Below, piece after piece: positions 22,215-32,897 of a DNA stretch of 64,000 nucleotides. Position 1 is the stretch's first letter. Each line of letters starts with the position of its first letter. The notes under the pieces are model-generated. The model worked only from the letters and a program-made list of their open reading frames with translations. It had not been told where the DNA came from and ran no database searches. The stretch spans positions 224,001 to 288,000 of the forward strand of contig CAVZQN010000004.1 of NCBI GenBank assembly GCA_963777505.1. The letters are read 5' to 3'. This DNA comes from an uncultured bacterium. Lineage in GTDB: Bacteria; Acidobacteriota; HRBIN11; JAKEFK01. The position numbers and the translations under genes are program-made.

Positions 22215-25021
22215 TCGAATGCCGGAGCAGTTACAGTTGACGTACCATGCTCATGGATTTGTTGTCGTTCGTTATTATCTTCGGGATTTAGTTTGCGATA
22301 GGGTCCAGTGATTTCCTGAGCAGCTTCATCAGCTTTGAACCGCATATAAAGTTTACGCTCCTTTTCTGCCATCTTTTTATTTCCTAAACCTTGATAACAC
22401 AACATCATGTTGTAATGTGCTGTTACATCTTCGGGATCAATTGAAAGTGTTACTTGGAATTCCTTAATCGCTTCCTGGTACTGCCGTTTTAAGAAAAGGA
22501 TCCTTCCTGTTTGATTTCTAACGACACGGTCAAGTGGGTATTTGCTACTGGCTTTTCGAAGATGAGTCAGCGCTTCATCGTATTTTCCTTGAGCTTTTAA
22601 AGCCATCGCAGAAAAGAAGTGCGTCTTTGCAAGTTCAGGATCGAGCGACAATGCTTTCTTCAGCACATCAAGTGCTCCGGCAGGATCTCCTTCCTGGACG
22701 CGCGCTCGCGCAATATTTACCCAACCATCCGCATATTTTGGGTCGATCTTAGTCACCTTGAGGAATGCTTCCTCAGCACCTTTCAAGTCTCCCTGCAGTA
22801 ATAAGCCTATTCCATAGTCATTCCAGCGTTCTCTATCTTTGGGCTCCAATTTCGTTTGAATGGGCAGAGGCTCGGTACTCGAATCGACAACCTTCAGAGT
22901 TTCTTCATCGCTTGCCATATCAACAATAGGAAGATCTGGAATCGCCTTAATCTTCCCGGATACTTTGGAAGTATCACCTGTGAACACGAAACGGCCGTCA
23001 TCAAATGAAGGGCTTAGACCAAAATTCTTTTGTGATGGATCACGCTCACCAGCAAAAGCAAATTGTGTATTCCACCACATAAATTTTCTGTAATTGAGTT
23101 TTGCTTTTAAGAAAATTTTATCCCCGCTATTTTCTGGAATTTTTATGCGGAAGTGAACAGTATCTGCAGCCCCCGGTGGAACCAGGCGCGTATAAACTAC
23201 CGATCGTGCTGCCCAGGCGTTTCTTTTATTGATCAAGTTGCCGTGTTCATCCAAAAGTAAGGAACGATAAAAGTGTGCGCCTTTTTCTACGGGTCCCTTT
23301 CCGTTATCTTCAACCATCCCGCTCCAGAAAACAGTTTTGCCAAGATTATCAACGGCTTGCAATTCGAGCCAAACATCAAAAGCATCAACAGTTCCGCCCG
23401 GGAAAAAATGTCCAACCTTTCTTGTACGGACAACAACTTCAAGACGAATGGAGTCACCGCGCCGCACAACTGCATCCACTTTATCGATTGGACCAACAAC
23501 TTCTACTGGTTTGCGGATAAATGCTTGAGATGAACCAAATGCCATCGATTCTTCACCAACAGCAAATGTGCTCGCCAGTTCAGGGCCTTCACCGGTTCGT
23601 GTTTCAATTTCCGGAACTTCTTCAAAAGGAGCCTGACTGAATGCAAAGATATCGACAGAAACCTGATCAGCTTTTAGAAAATCTGTAATCACTTTCAATT
23701 GTTCTTGATCCAGATTGACAGTTGGAAGCGCCGTGTTTGCTGCCGGAAATCGATGTGAACTTACTTTTCCATCAATGGCGGCAGGATCTTTTGCCGCAAC
23801 AAGAGGCATATGACAATCCGCACATTTCTGAGGTGCTTTCGGATAGTAAAATGCTCGCGCTCCCTGGCCGGAAACACCGCTCGCCTGCCAGTTATCGTAA
23901 TCATTAAATCCACGAAACCAGCGATAACTGTTCACAGGTATATCCAGGTGCACCTTATGACAGGATGAACAAAATTCCGCGGTATCTTGACGAACAAAAG
24001 GTTTCATAAAAATCTTTTTATGTGGTTCAGGATCTGTATACACAAGAAAGTCGTGAAGCTTTTGCATCCATTTGTTATCGCTGGCTGCAAGATCGTGAAG
24101 CGCAGGATACTCAATGACAAAATCTCCTTGTCCCATGCTGCTTTTCACCTTAACGATCGCATGGCATGAAGTACAGGCCAATCCCGCCTGAGCTTCCGGA
24201 GTGTCGATTATTTCTTTGATCGGAGTGTCCATCATTCCGTTAAAAAGTACGGCATGGTCATGACATCCACCGCACCATTTTGATGGCTTTGTCCCGACTA
24301 CTTCTTGCATGTACTCAATCGATTTTCGATACCACTGATTATTAAATGATGAAAAGTGATGTGCTGAAGCAAACCATTGCTTATAAATGTCTTCGTGGCA
24401 CCGAGCGCATGATTCTGATGTCATAAAAAATGTAGAAGGAATTGTTTTTCCACTCGTCGTTTCACCAGATGATGGAAAAAATGGACCATACTCGCCCTGT
24501 CCTTCCTGCAACATCGATTCAGGTACTTCAGTAGGATTCACTATGAATCCGGCTTCGTATGTCTTCTGTTTGTCGTACGCTCTCCATGTCAGCGTGAGAA
24601 TTAAAGCAAGGGCAAGAGTCACAGCATAAATTCTGGAATAACTTTTCATCCGTGGCGAAGCATCAACTTTCCTCGATCGGCTAAAGAGATGAATTGCCAA
24701 CAAAATTGAGCCGATCGTCGTTGTAACGATATGGGCTTGAAGTACCGAACGATAAGGCCGATGCGCTCCGGTGAAAAGCAGTATCAAACCGAGTACGACT
24801 CCGACCAATAGGAATGCAAAGCTCAACGATCCAAACGAGCCGAAAGAGCCACGGTTCCGCATCAGGAAGATGATCAGTAGAAAAGTGACCACAATCCCCA
24901 ATCCAATGTGTAGCAGCACGTTTGTCATGTAAAACAAGCTTGGCTCGGCAAAGGCTGCCAGATAGGCGCTATTTAAGATCAGAAGAAGACCAAGGAAAGG
25001 AAGGAGTTTCAGGTACTTCAT
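22211..25021 (-). CDS. Membrane-anchored pentaheme cytochrome c + TPR fusion protein
   Basis: Several N-terminal TM helices; five CxxCH motifs (CARCH, CGGCH, CTSCH, CSSCH, CADCH); HRFP and GHFFPGG; C-terminal TPRs; stop overlaps the start of the CRTAC1 gene. Confidence 0.85.
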   Translation of the reverse strand: MKYLKLLPFLGLLLILNSAYLAAFAEPSLFYMTNVLLHIGLGIVVTFLLIIFLMRNRGSFGSFGSLSFAFLLVGVVLGLILLFTGAHRPYRSVLQAHIVTTTIGSILLAIHLFSRSRKVDASPRMKSYSRIYAVTLALALILTLTWRAYDKQKTYEAGFIVNPTEVPESMLQEGQGEYGPFFPSSGETTSGKTIPSTFFMTSESCARCHEDIYKQWFASAHHFSSFNNQWYRKSIEYMQEVVGTKPSKWCGGCHDHAVLFNGMMDTPIKEIIDTPEAQAGLACTSCHAIVKVKSSMGQGDFVIEYPALHDLAASDNKWMQKLHDFLVYTDPEPHKKIFMKPFVRQDTAEFCSSCHKVHLDIPVNSYRWFRGFNDYDNWQASGVSGQGARAFYYPKAPQKCADCHMPLVAAKDPAAIDGKVSSHRFPAANTALPTVNLDQEQLKVITDFLKADQVSVDIFAFSQAPFEEVPEIETRTGEGPELASTFAVGEESMAFGSSQAFIRKPVEVVGPIDKVDAVVRRGDSIRLEVVVRTRKVGHFFPGGTVDAFDVWLELQAVDNLGKTVFWSGMVEDNGKGPVEKGAHFYRSLLLDEHGNLINKRNAWAARSVVYTRLVPPGAADTVHFRIKIPENSGDKIFLKAKLNYRKFMWWNTQFAFAGERDPSQKNFGLSPSFDDGRFVFTGDTSKVSGKIKAIPDLPIVDMASDEETLKVVDSSTEPLPIQTKLEPKDRERWNDYGIGLLLQGDLKGAEEAFLKVTKIDPKYADGWVNIARARVQEGDPAGALDVLKKALSLDPELAKTHFFSAMALKAQGKYDEALTHLRKASSKYPLDRVVRNQTGRILFLKRQYQEAIKEFQVTLSIDPEDVTAHYNMMLCYQGLGNKKMAEKERKLYMRFKADEAAQEITGPYRKLNPEDNNERQQIHEHGTSTVTAPAFD

Positions 25022-25148
25022 AAATCTGTTCCGGAATGAAAATGATAGCAAAAACTGAGATATTTTCCACCTGTTTGGCGACGATTATTCGTGGGATAGG
25101 TTAAAATAAGTACTTCTGTCGCGATCCTGACTTCAAAAGGAGTAATAA

Positions 25149-27096
25149 ATGATCCGTATTTCGACTTTCGTCCGTCAACTTTTAGTAAGATTTCATCTGT
25201 TAACTGTTGCCGCAATCGTACCAATTTTCATGCTTTTCTCTTCGATCGCGCAGCCTCAAGATGCAAAGTCTGAAAAACGAGTTACTGTAAATTATCCTTC
25301 GATTGATATTGGCGTGCAGTCATTGCCGGCTCGCAAGGAAGCACAATTAGCCACTGTAAATACTTTTCGTATTTTTTATGATTTTCAATTTTCCGATCAA
25401 CTGCCGCAAAGCGGAATTACCTTCAAGCACAAAATTGTTGATGACGCAGGAAAGAGCTACAAGCTTGTTCACTATGATCATGGAAACGGAATTGCAGTCG
25501 CTGATGTTGATGCGGATGGGCTTTACGATATCTACTTTGTCACTCAGTTGGGGAGTTGTGAATTATGGAAGAATCTGGGCAAAGGAAAATTCGAAAACAT
25601 AACTGAATCCGCAGGTGTGAGCCTTACAGGATAAGATTGGCGTCACAGCATCGTTTGCAGATATCGACAATGATGGTGACGATGACCTTTACGTCACTAC
25701 AGTTCGAAATGGAAATGTGCTTTTTGAAAACGATGGAAAAGGTCACTTCAAGGACATTTCCAAAGCAGCGGGCTTAAATTACGCTGGCCATTCTTCCGGT
25801 GCAGTAATTTTTGATTATAACAATGATGGACTTTTAGATCTTTTCCTGACAAATGTTGGCGTGTACACGACAGATCAAAAGGGAAGAGGTGGTTATTTTA
25901 CTGGTAAAGACCATGCCTTTGAAGGTCATCTTCATCCCGATCGTGAAGAAGGGAATGTGCTGTTCAAAAATATGGGAAAGACTAAATTTTCCGATGTTAC
26001 AAAGCAGGTTGGACTCATTGATAAAACCTGGAGTGGTGATGCAAGCTTTAGCGATTTGAATAATGATCTTTATCCTGATCTTTATGTTTTGAACATGCAG
26101 GGTGACAACATTTTTTATCAAAATGTTGAAGGGCGCAGTTTTGTTTCTAAAACCGATGCATATTTCCCCAAAACTCCATGGGGAGCAATGGGCATCAAAT
26201 TCTTTGACTTCAATAATGATGGATTCATGGATCTCATGTTATCGGATATGCATTCTGATATGTCACAAGAAGTAGGTCCTGACAAAGAAAAACTCAAATC
26301 AGACATGAGATGGCCTGATCCAGTTTTGCAAGGCAGGGAAAACAATATTTTTGGAAATGCTTTTTACAAAAATCTTGGCGAAGGTAAATTTGAAGAAGTG
26401 TCCGATAAAATCGGAGTTGAGAATTACTGGCCATGGGGACTGAGCGTTGCAGACATAAATGCAGATTCTTATCAGGATATGTTGATTACATCGAGCATGA
26501 ACTTCCCATTTCGCTATCAGGTTAATTCATTGTTGTTAAACGATAATGGTGAAATTTTTCGTGACAGTGAGTTTATTCTCGGCGTCGAACCAAGAAGAGA
26601 TGGCCGTACTCATACGTACTGGTTTGATCTGGATTGTTTAACTGTCGACAAAGGTCATGCTTTTTGCAGAAGCGTGCCTCCGGATAATTACACATTCATG
26701 GGAACTTTGGGTTCGAGATCATCGGTTATTTTCGATCTTGATAATGATGGAGACATGGACATCGTAACAAATGAATTCAATTCGGAACCGCAAGTATTGA
26801 TCAGTAATTTTTCGGATAAGAAAGAACTACATTTTCTTAAAGTGCTCTTAAGAGGAAAGAAATCGAATCGGAATGGTCTTGGAGCGCTTGTTAAAGTTTC
26901 TGCCGGCGGAAAAGTTTATTCCCAATACAATGATGGAAAATCCGGCTATCTTTCACAAAGCAGTCTTCCTCTTTATTTTGGATTAGGAAGTGCAACAGAG
27001 ATCGATCAAATCGAAATACTCTGGCCGTCTGGAACCAAACAAACGATGAAAAAGCCAGGTAAGATGAATTCAGTTCTTGAAATCGAAGAAGACTAG
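25149..27096 (+). CDS. CRTAC1-family FG-GAP + ASPIC/UnbV protein; one frameshift near 25630
   Basis: The shifted frame reads DKIGVTASFADIDNDGDDDLY and joins ORFs 25149-25634 and 25717-27096; NRNGLGA and SGYLSQS...FGLG. Confidence 0.8.
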
Positions 27097-27108
27097 AATT
27101 AGCGATTT

Positions 27109-27410
27109 GTACCGCCGGCGGCCTCCCGCCAAGTCACTCCTTCAAATATTTCCAGATGCGAGCGAGAGCGACATAAGGTCCGATTTAATTGAATGTATTT
27201 AATAATGCGAGTAGATTATTAAGAGTAATTAACGGATAATTTTATGCTCGCTGCTCGCATTGATCAATTATGCTCAATGAATATGAGCACGCGTGCCGGC
27301 GTTGACCCCAAATCCATCGTGCTAGCGTTTTGGACATTCCCAGCTTTGCCGGCTCCTAAAAAATGAACCGCAAAGGCGCAGAGTGCCGGCAAGATGCCAG
27401 CGTTACAAAC
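27109..27410. repeat. Composite intergenic element: REP-like palindromes flanking an AT-rich core with its own imperfect inverted repeats
   Basis: GTACCGCCGGCGGCCTCCCGCC at left and GCCGGCAAGATGCCAGCGTTAC at right; internal ATGCGAGCGAGAGCGACATAA / TTATGCTCGCTGCTCGCAT. Confidence 0.5.
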
Positions 27411-27412
27411 TG

Positions 27413-28976
27413 CTACTCGCGGATTGAGTTGCCTGCTTCATACGCCTTCAGGTGATTGTTAATTTGATTTGCCATTTGAATCTGACCTGAACCAATCGCA
27501 ATCTGATGTGCACGTTGAGCAAGTTTGATTGCTCCGGGAAAATCTCCATTTTCTGCATACGCTGCAGCCAGAACATAAAGACACTGCGCATCTTTATAAT
27601 TGGCCTTTTTACAAATTCCATCCGCAAGCTGAAATGCTTTTTGTGGATCTCGAATTGCGGAATCCGATGAAGTTGCATGCATCCAGGCAAGCTGCAATGC
27701 CAGTGTTGGATCTTCCGGGAACTTTTGCCTTGCACTTTGATATGCCTGCAAAGCTTCCGCACGTTTTCCTGATCGCAATAACAATTTGCCAAGATGATCG
27801 TAAGACCCAGCAAAATCAGGCTGCAGTTGAATCGCTTTGTTCAGCCATTGAATTGCCTCATCGGTCTTGCCCATTTCAAAAAGAGCTGATGCAAGATTGT
27901 TCATTGTGTTAACGGAGTTTGGGCTACGCGCTAATGAAGCACGGAATTGTTCAACTGCTTCGGGATACTTTTTGGATTGAAGATATACAACACCAAGAGT
28001 CGTCAGCAATCTCGGGTCCTCTTGCGAGTATTGGCGCTGCAAGTTTTAGTTCTCGAATCGCATCTTCGTAATAACCTTGATCCGCATAAGCTCTGCCGCG
28101 CAGATCGTACCAGTAAGAGCTGACACCTTCCGCTAATAATTCCAGTTCGAGTTTATCTTGCAATGGTTTTTTCTTTGGCAACTGCTGAGATAAACCAAGT
28201 TCTCGATTCGCATCTTCGGACCTGTTTAAACGCCGGTAAACTTCCGAAAGAAGACCATGCGCTTCACCGTAATTTGGATTCGATTGTAACGCCTTCTCTA
28301 AACTTGTACGCGCTGCTTCATAATTGCCGCTTGTCAGTGCAATCCGCGCAAGACCAACATACGCATGCGAGGAATTTGTTTCTGTATTCAGTGCTGCATT
28401 AAATTCTCTTGAAGCTTCTTCCAGACGTTTTGCTTGAAACAGTGCTTCCCCAAATCGTAAGTGAGTCGCAGGATAGTCGGGCTTGATTGTTGAGCTTTGT
28501 TTATAAAATTTCAATGATTCAGCAGAACCCATTTCATCCAGAACAATTGCTGCATAATATGGCCAGCGAAAATCATTTGGGTTAAGAGCCGCTGCCTTCT
28601 TGTAACAAACAATTGATTCATCTTTGAAGTCGTGAATATCCAAATTCATTCCTAGCTTTCCCCATAAGGCCGCAGATTCCGGATTGTTCATTACTTGCTT
28701 CTGCTGAGACTTAATTTTTTCAACGACTTGTGGTTCTGTTTCACCAAAATTGATTTCAGACAATTTATGAAGAACCAAGTTTGCATCTGCCTGATTTGAG
28801 TTTTCCTTTGTCAATAAGAAATAAAACAAAAAACCAAGGATCAGGAGAGCCGCGAGAAAAATAATCTTGCGAGTATTTTGAGAGAAAGGCTTTGCTGATA
28901 CAGGTGCCAGTTTTGCAGGTTCCGGAACAACTGGAGTTATTTTCTCAGGATGTTTTGTACGTTTTTTTTTCGCCAT
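27413..28976 (-). CDS. Membrane-anchored multi-TPR protein; one frameshift near 28025
   Basis: Lys-rich N-terminus + TM helix and TPRs (27951-28976) continuing into 27413-28042 (LAWMHAT, LAAAYAENGDF). Confidence 0.75.
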
Positions 28977-28982
28977 AAAAAG

Positions 28983-30689
28983 TTAAGGTGAAGTCCCTTT
29001 TCCCCTTCCTTTCTCAAGCAGAATGAATTGATCTGCCTTTGCGCCCGGAAAGTTTTCGGACGTACCGTCAGGCCAGACAACTGAAATTTGATCGGCCGAA
29101 GTTGCTTTTCCAAGCCCGAAGTGCACTCGTGGGTCATTGTAAGAAAGATAGCTGTATGCAGGTGTTACAAATCTGGTTAAACGTTTTCCTTGAGTCACAA
29201 CGGTGATGGTTGCCCCGATTGCATCGCGTTTTAGACTGGGATCTTTTGCCTGGATCGTAAGCCAATGACCTTTTTGTTTAATGTCATTCCGATAAAGTCT
29301 TGCGGTTCCCCCATCGTTCGTGACTAAAAGATCGATATCGCCATCGTTATCAACATCTCCAAATGCTAACCCGCGACTGTTCTCAATTTCGTTGCAAAAA
29401 GACCCGGCTTGTTCGTGCTTTGCAACAAAATGTCCTGATCCGTCATTTTCATAAAGCAGATTTGGCTCTGAATAATGATCCCAATATTTCAGTGGTTTGT
29501 TTTGAAGTAAAAGTGGACCACGAGTTACCCGGCCATTCACAACGGCTGTATCTAAATCGCCGTCATGATCATAATCAAAAAAGCCAGTTCCAAATCCGGT
29601 ATAAGGCAAACTGAAAGCCCCTAACCCTGATGAAGCTGTATCATCTTGAAAGCCGAGTTTGCCTGCATGACGAAACAATGTGTTTGTTTCGCCGCGCAAA
29701 TGCGTGATGAAGAGCTCGGGATCAGCATCAGCATCCAGATCTCCAACGGCAATTCCCATTCCAGCTTCGGCCTGCCCTGCAGCATTGACAGCCGCCCCAA
29801 GAGGAAGTGCTACATCGATGAATGTTCCATTCCGTTGATTAATCCACATTTGATTCGGTTCACCATCATTCGCGACGTACAAATCAGGATAATGATCCAT
29901 ATCAAAATCGGCTGATACGACACCTAATCCTTTCGATACGATCTTGCCGATTCCTGATGAGATAGACACGTCGCTGAAAGTTCCATTCCCATTATTTCGG
30001 TATAAGACATCAGCCTCACCTTGATATGCTTGTGGGCCGCAATAATCCTTTCGTCCGGACTTATCAGTGCAAATCACTCCGGGGTCGTAGGTCACATAGT
30101 TGGCTACGAAAATATCAAGAAAGTTATCGCGGTCATAATCAAAAAGTACTGCAGCAGTTCCCCACGCAGAATTTGTAATTCCAGCTTGCTTGGAGATGTC
30201 AGTGAAGGTTCCATCACCATTGTTGCGATAAAGTTTGTTCGGACCATAATTGGCCAAATACAGATCGATATCTCCATCGTTATCGATATCGCCCATAGCG
30301 ACTCCCATTCCATACCCTGTGTCAGACAGGCGCGAAGATTCGGTGACATCGACAAACGTTCCATTTTTCTCTTGTCGAAAAAGGCGATGGCTCAATTTCG
30401 GTTTTCCAGCAGCACGATATGCGCCATTGACGACATAAATATCCAAATCTCCATCATTGTCGTAGTCAAAAAATCCGCCACCGCCACCCATCACCTCTGG
30501 ATAGAAATAGTTTCCTTCTACCGCCGCATCATGAACAAAATCGAACTTGCTTTGCTTGGTGATGTCTGTAAACATCCCAGGCTCTTGCGATTTCGGTGGG
30601 CTTGTGGGCGACGTCCGGCAACCCCAAGTGATTGCAAATGTGAGGATTATGATTAATAGATGAAGTTTTTGCGGTCGAGCGGCGTTCAA
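28983..30689 (-). CDS. CRTAC1-family lipoprotein (FG-GAP + ASPIC/UnbV)
   Basis: Lipobox-like TWGC; DYDNDGDLD repeats; SRGLAFGDVDNDGDID; RDAIGA and YSYLS...HFGLG. Confidence 0.88.
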   Translation of the reverse strand: MNAARPQKLHLLIIILTFAITWGCRTSPTSPPKSQEPGMFTDITKQSKFDFVHDAAVEGNYFYPEVMGGGGGFFDYDNDGDLDIYVVNGAYRAAGKPKLSHRLFRQEKNGTFVDVTESSRLSDTGYGMGVAMGDIDNDGDIDLYLANYGPNKLYRNNGDGTFTDISKQAGITNSAWGTAAVLFDYDRDNFLDIFVANYVTYDPGVICTDKSGRKDYCGPQAYQGEADVLYRNNGNGTFSDVSISSGIGKIVSKGLGVVSADFDMDHYPDLYVANDGEPNQMWINQRNGTFIDVALPLGAAVNAAGQAEAGMGIAVGDLDADADPELFITHLRGETNTLFRHAGKLGFQDDTASSGLGAFSLPYTGFGTGFFDYDHDGDLDTAVVNGRVTRGPLLLQNKPLKYWDHYSEPNLLYENDGSGHFVAKHEQAGSFCNEIENSRGLAFGDVDNDGDIDLLVTNDGGTARLYRNDIKQKGHWLTIQAKDPSLKRDAIGATITVVTQGKRLTRFVTPAYSYLSYNDPRVHFGLGKATSADQISVVWPDGTSENFPGAKADQFILLEKGRGKGTSP

Positions 30690-30737
30690 AATGTTAGTCT
30701 CGTGAAGTCTTATGATAAAGAATCTGTTCCAAAACTG

Positions 30738-30761
30738 GTAGGGGCGGCTCTTGTAGCCGCC
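30738..30761. repeat. Single GTAG-type REP
   Basis: GTAGGGGCGGCTCTTGTAGCCGCC. Confidence 0.6.
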
Positions 30762-30820
30762 ATTACTGACGAGAGGTCACGTTGCGCTGTATAACGTCCC
30801 TTCTCTATACTTGTTCTAAA

Positions 30821-32897
30821 ATGAAATACCCGATCTTTGTCCTCTTTCTGTCGTCCCTATTGCTGGCTTTTGGTGTTGCAGAGGCGGCGCAGAATATTTT
30901 GATTGTATCTGTCGATACTTTACGTGCTGATCGCGTTGGTGTTTATGGCTACCAAAAGGGAAAAACTCCGGCAATGGACAGCCTCGCAAAACGGGGTGTC
31001 ATTTTCAAAAACACAGTATCCCCTACGCCTTTTACGCTTCCATCACATATATCTTTGATGACAGGTCTAATTCCTCCTGTCCATGGCGTTCAAGACAATG
31101 GAGGCTTCTATCTCAACAACAACATCGTGACGCTTGCCGAGCTTCTAAAAGCAAAAGGCTACAAAACAGGTGCTTTTGTCGGCGCTTTTCCTCTTGATTC
31201 CCGCTTCGGACTCAATCAAGGTTTCGATTTTTATGATGATGGATACCCCACCACAAACAACATCAACGAAATTACGATGCCCGAAAGGAAAGCGGATGCT
31301 GTTACTGATTCAACGCTTGGCTGGCTGGAAAAACAAAAAAATTCGAATTGGTTTGCGTGGGTTCATTATTATGATCCGCATTTTCCTTATCAAGCATCCG
31401 AAGCTTTCACCAAAATGTTTCCTGAAAATCCATATGACGCTGAAGTTGCATTCAGCTGATAGCCAGATTGCCCGCCTTTTGGATTTCTTAAAAAAGAGCG
31501 GTCAGGAAGAAAAAACACTTGTAATCGTTACTTCGGATCATGGTGAATCGCTTGGTGATCATAAAGAAGAAACACATGGAATTTTCTGCTATGAGAGCAC
31601 TCTTCGAATTCCTTTGATCATGGCTCCTTTCAAGCCGGCGGCTGTAGATACACGAGTTCGTTTGATTGATGTTTTTCCGACAATTGTTGAGTTGACGAAC
31701 CTCAAATCGACAAGCAAAGTACAGGGAAGTTCATTAGTAAAATATCTTGAAGGACAGAAAGGCGGATCACCTCAGGATTCATATTTTGAAGCGCTATCAA
31801 TGTATTTCAATGCTCAATGGGCGCCTGTAAGAGGGTTCTATTCTAAGAATATCAAATATATCGATCTGCCTATTCCTGAGTTGTACGATCTGAGTAAAGA
31901 TCCAAACGAAAAAGAAAATCTTTGTGCAGATTCGAGCCTTTGCAATACATGGGCAGGACGTTTTCAGCTGAATTACAAAGATTTTCTAAAAACTGAAGGC
32001 CCCGCTGGTGAAGTCGATCGCGAGACAATCGAGCAGTTGAAAGCGCTTGGATATTTAGCAGGATCATGGACTCCTGTAAGAGATAAAGAGTTTACGGAAA
32101 AAGAAGACCCCAAAAACCTGATTACATTTCATAATCGAACTGATTCAGCACTTTCATTTTACAAACGTGGCTACGATCTAAAAGCCCTGGAGATTCTCGA
32201 AAAAATTATTGAAGAAAAACCGGATTATTCCATCGCTTATATGCATGCAAGTTTTATCCGCAGTTCCGGAGGCTTTCCTGACAAGGCTATCGAAATCTTA
32301 AAGAAAGCAATTCAGAACGGAATTTTGAATGCGGATGTGCAAGGAAAACTCGGGATCTATTTATATGAAGCAAATCGGTACGATGAAGCGATTCAGCAAC
32401 TAAATCTTGCAGTGAAAGAGGATCCAGAGAATTTGGATAATCTTAATTATCTTGGAATGTCTTTAACGGCAGCGGGAAAATACGTTGAAGCTGAACAAGT
32501 CTTTCGTAAGGCGTCTGAAGCTGGATTCAACAGATGGTATGACTTTAACAAATATGGGTACGTTATTCTTAACACAGAAAAAATATGATCAAGCGATCAA
32601 TGAATTTACAAGCGCTATCTGCGGCGAATCCTTCTCTTGCAAATGCACATAACGGGTTAGGTGTCGCGTATGCGGCTCAAAAAGATTGGCCCAAAGCAAT
32701 TGAGTCATGGAAAAAAGCTTTGACGCAGAACAATCAAAATTATGACGCAATGCTGAATCTGGCTTATGCCTATCTCGAAGTTCAAGATAAACCCAATGCC
32801 TTACTTATTTCTGCGCGATTTTGAAAAGAATGCACCAGCCTCACGCTATAGAAAAGATCTGGCCCAGGTACGCAACCTGATTAACAAACTGCAATGA
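30821..32897 (+). CDS. Secreted sulfatase-like + TPR, paralog 3; about 4 frameshifts (near 31455, 32513, 32620, 32805)
   Basis: VDTLRAD, TLPSH, DPHFPY, TSDHGE and EQLKALGY. TPR segments re-join across frames up to ...NLINKLQ*, whose stop overlaps the next ATG. Confidence 0.72.

Noticed and set aside
20523-30689. Enediyne biosynthetic cluster suggested by UnbV domains
   Set aside because: No PKS or thioesterase genes are present, and ASPIC/UnbV proteins are widespread outside such clusters.
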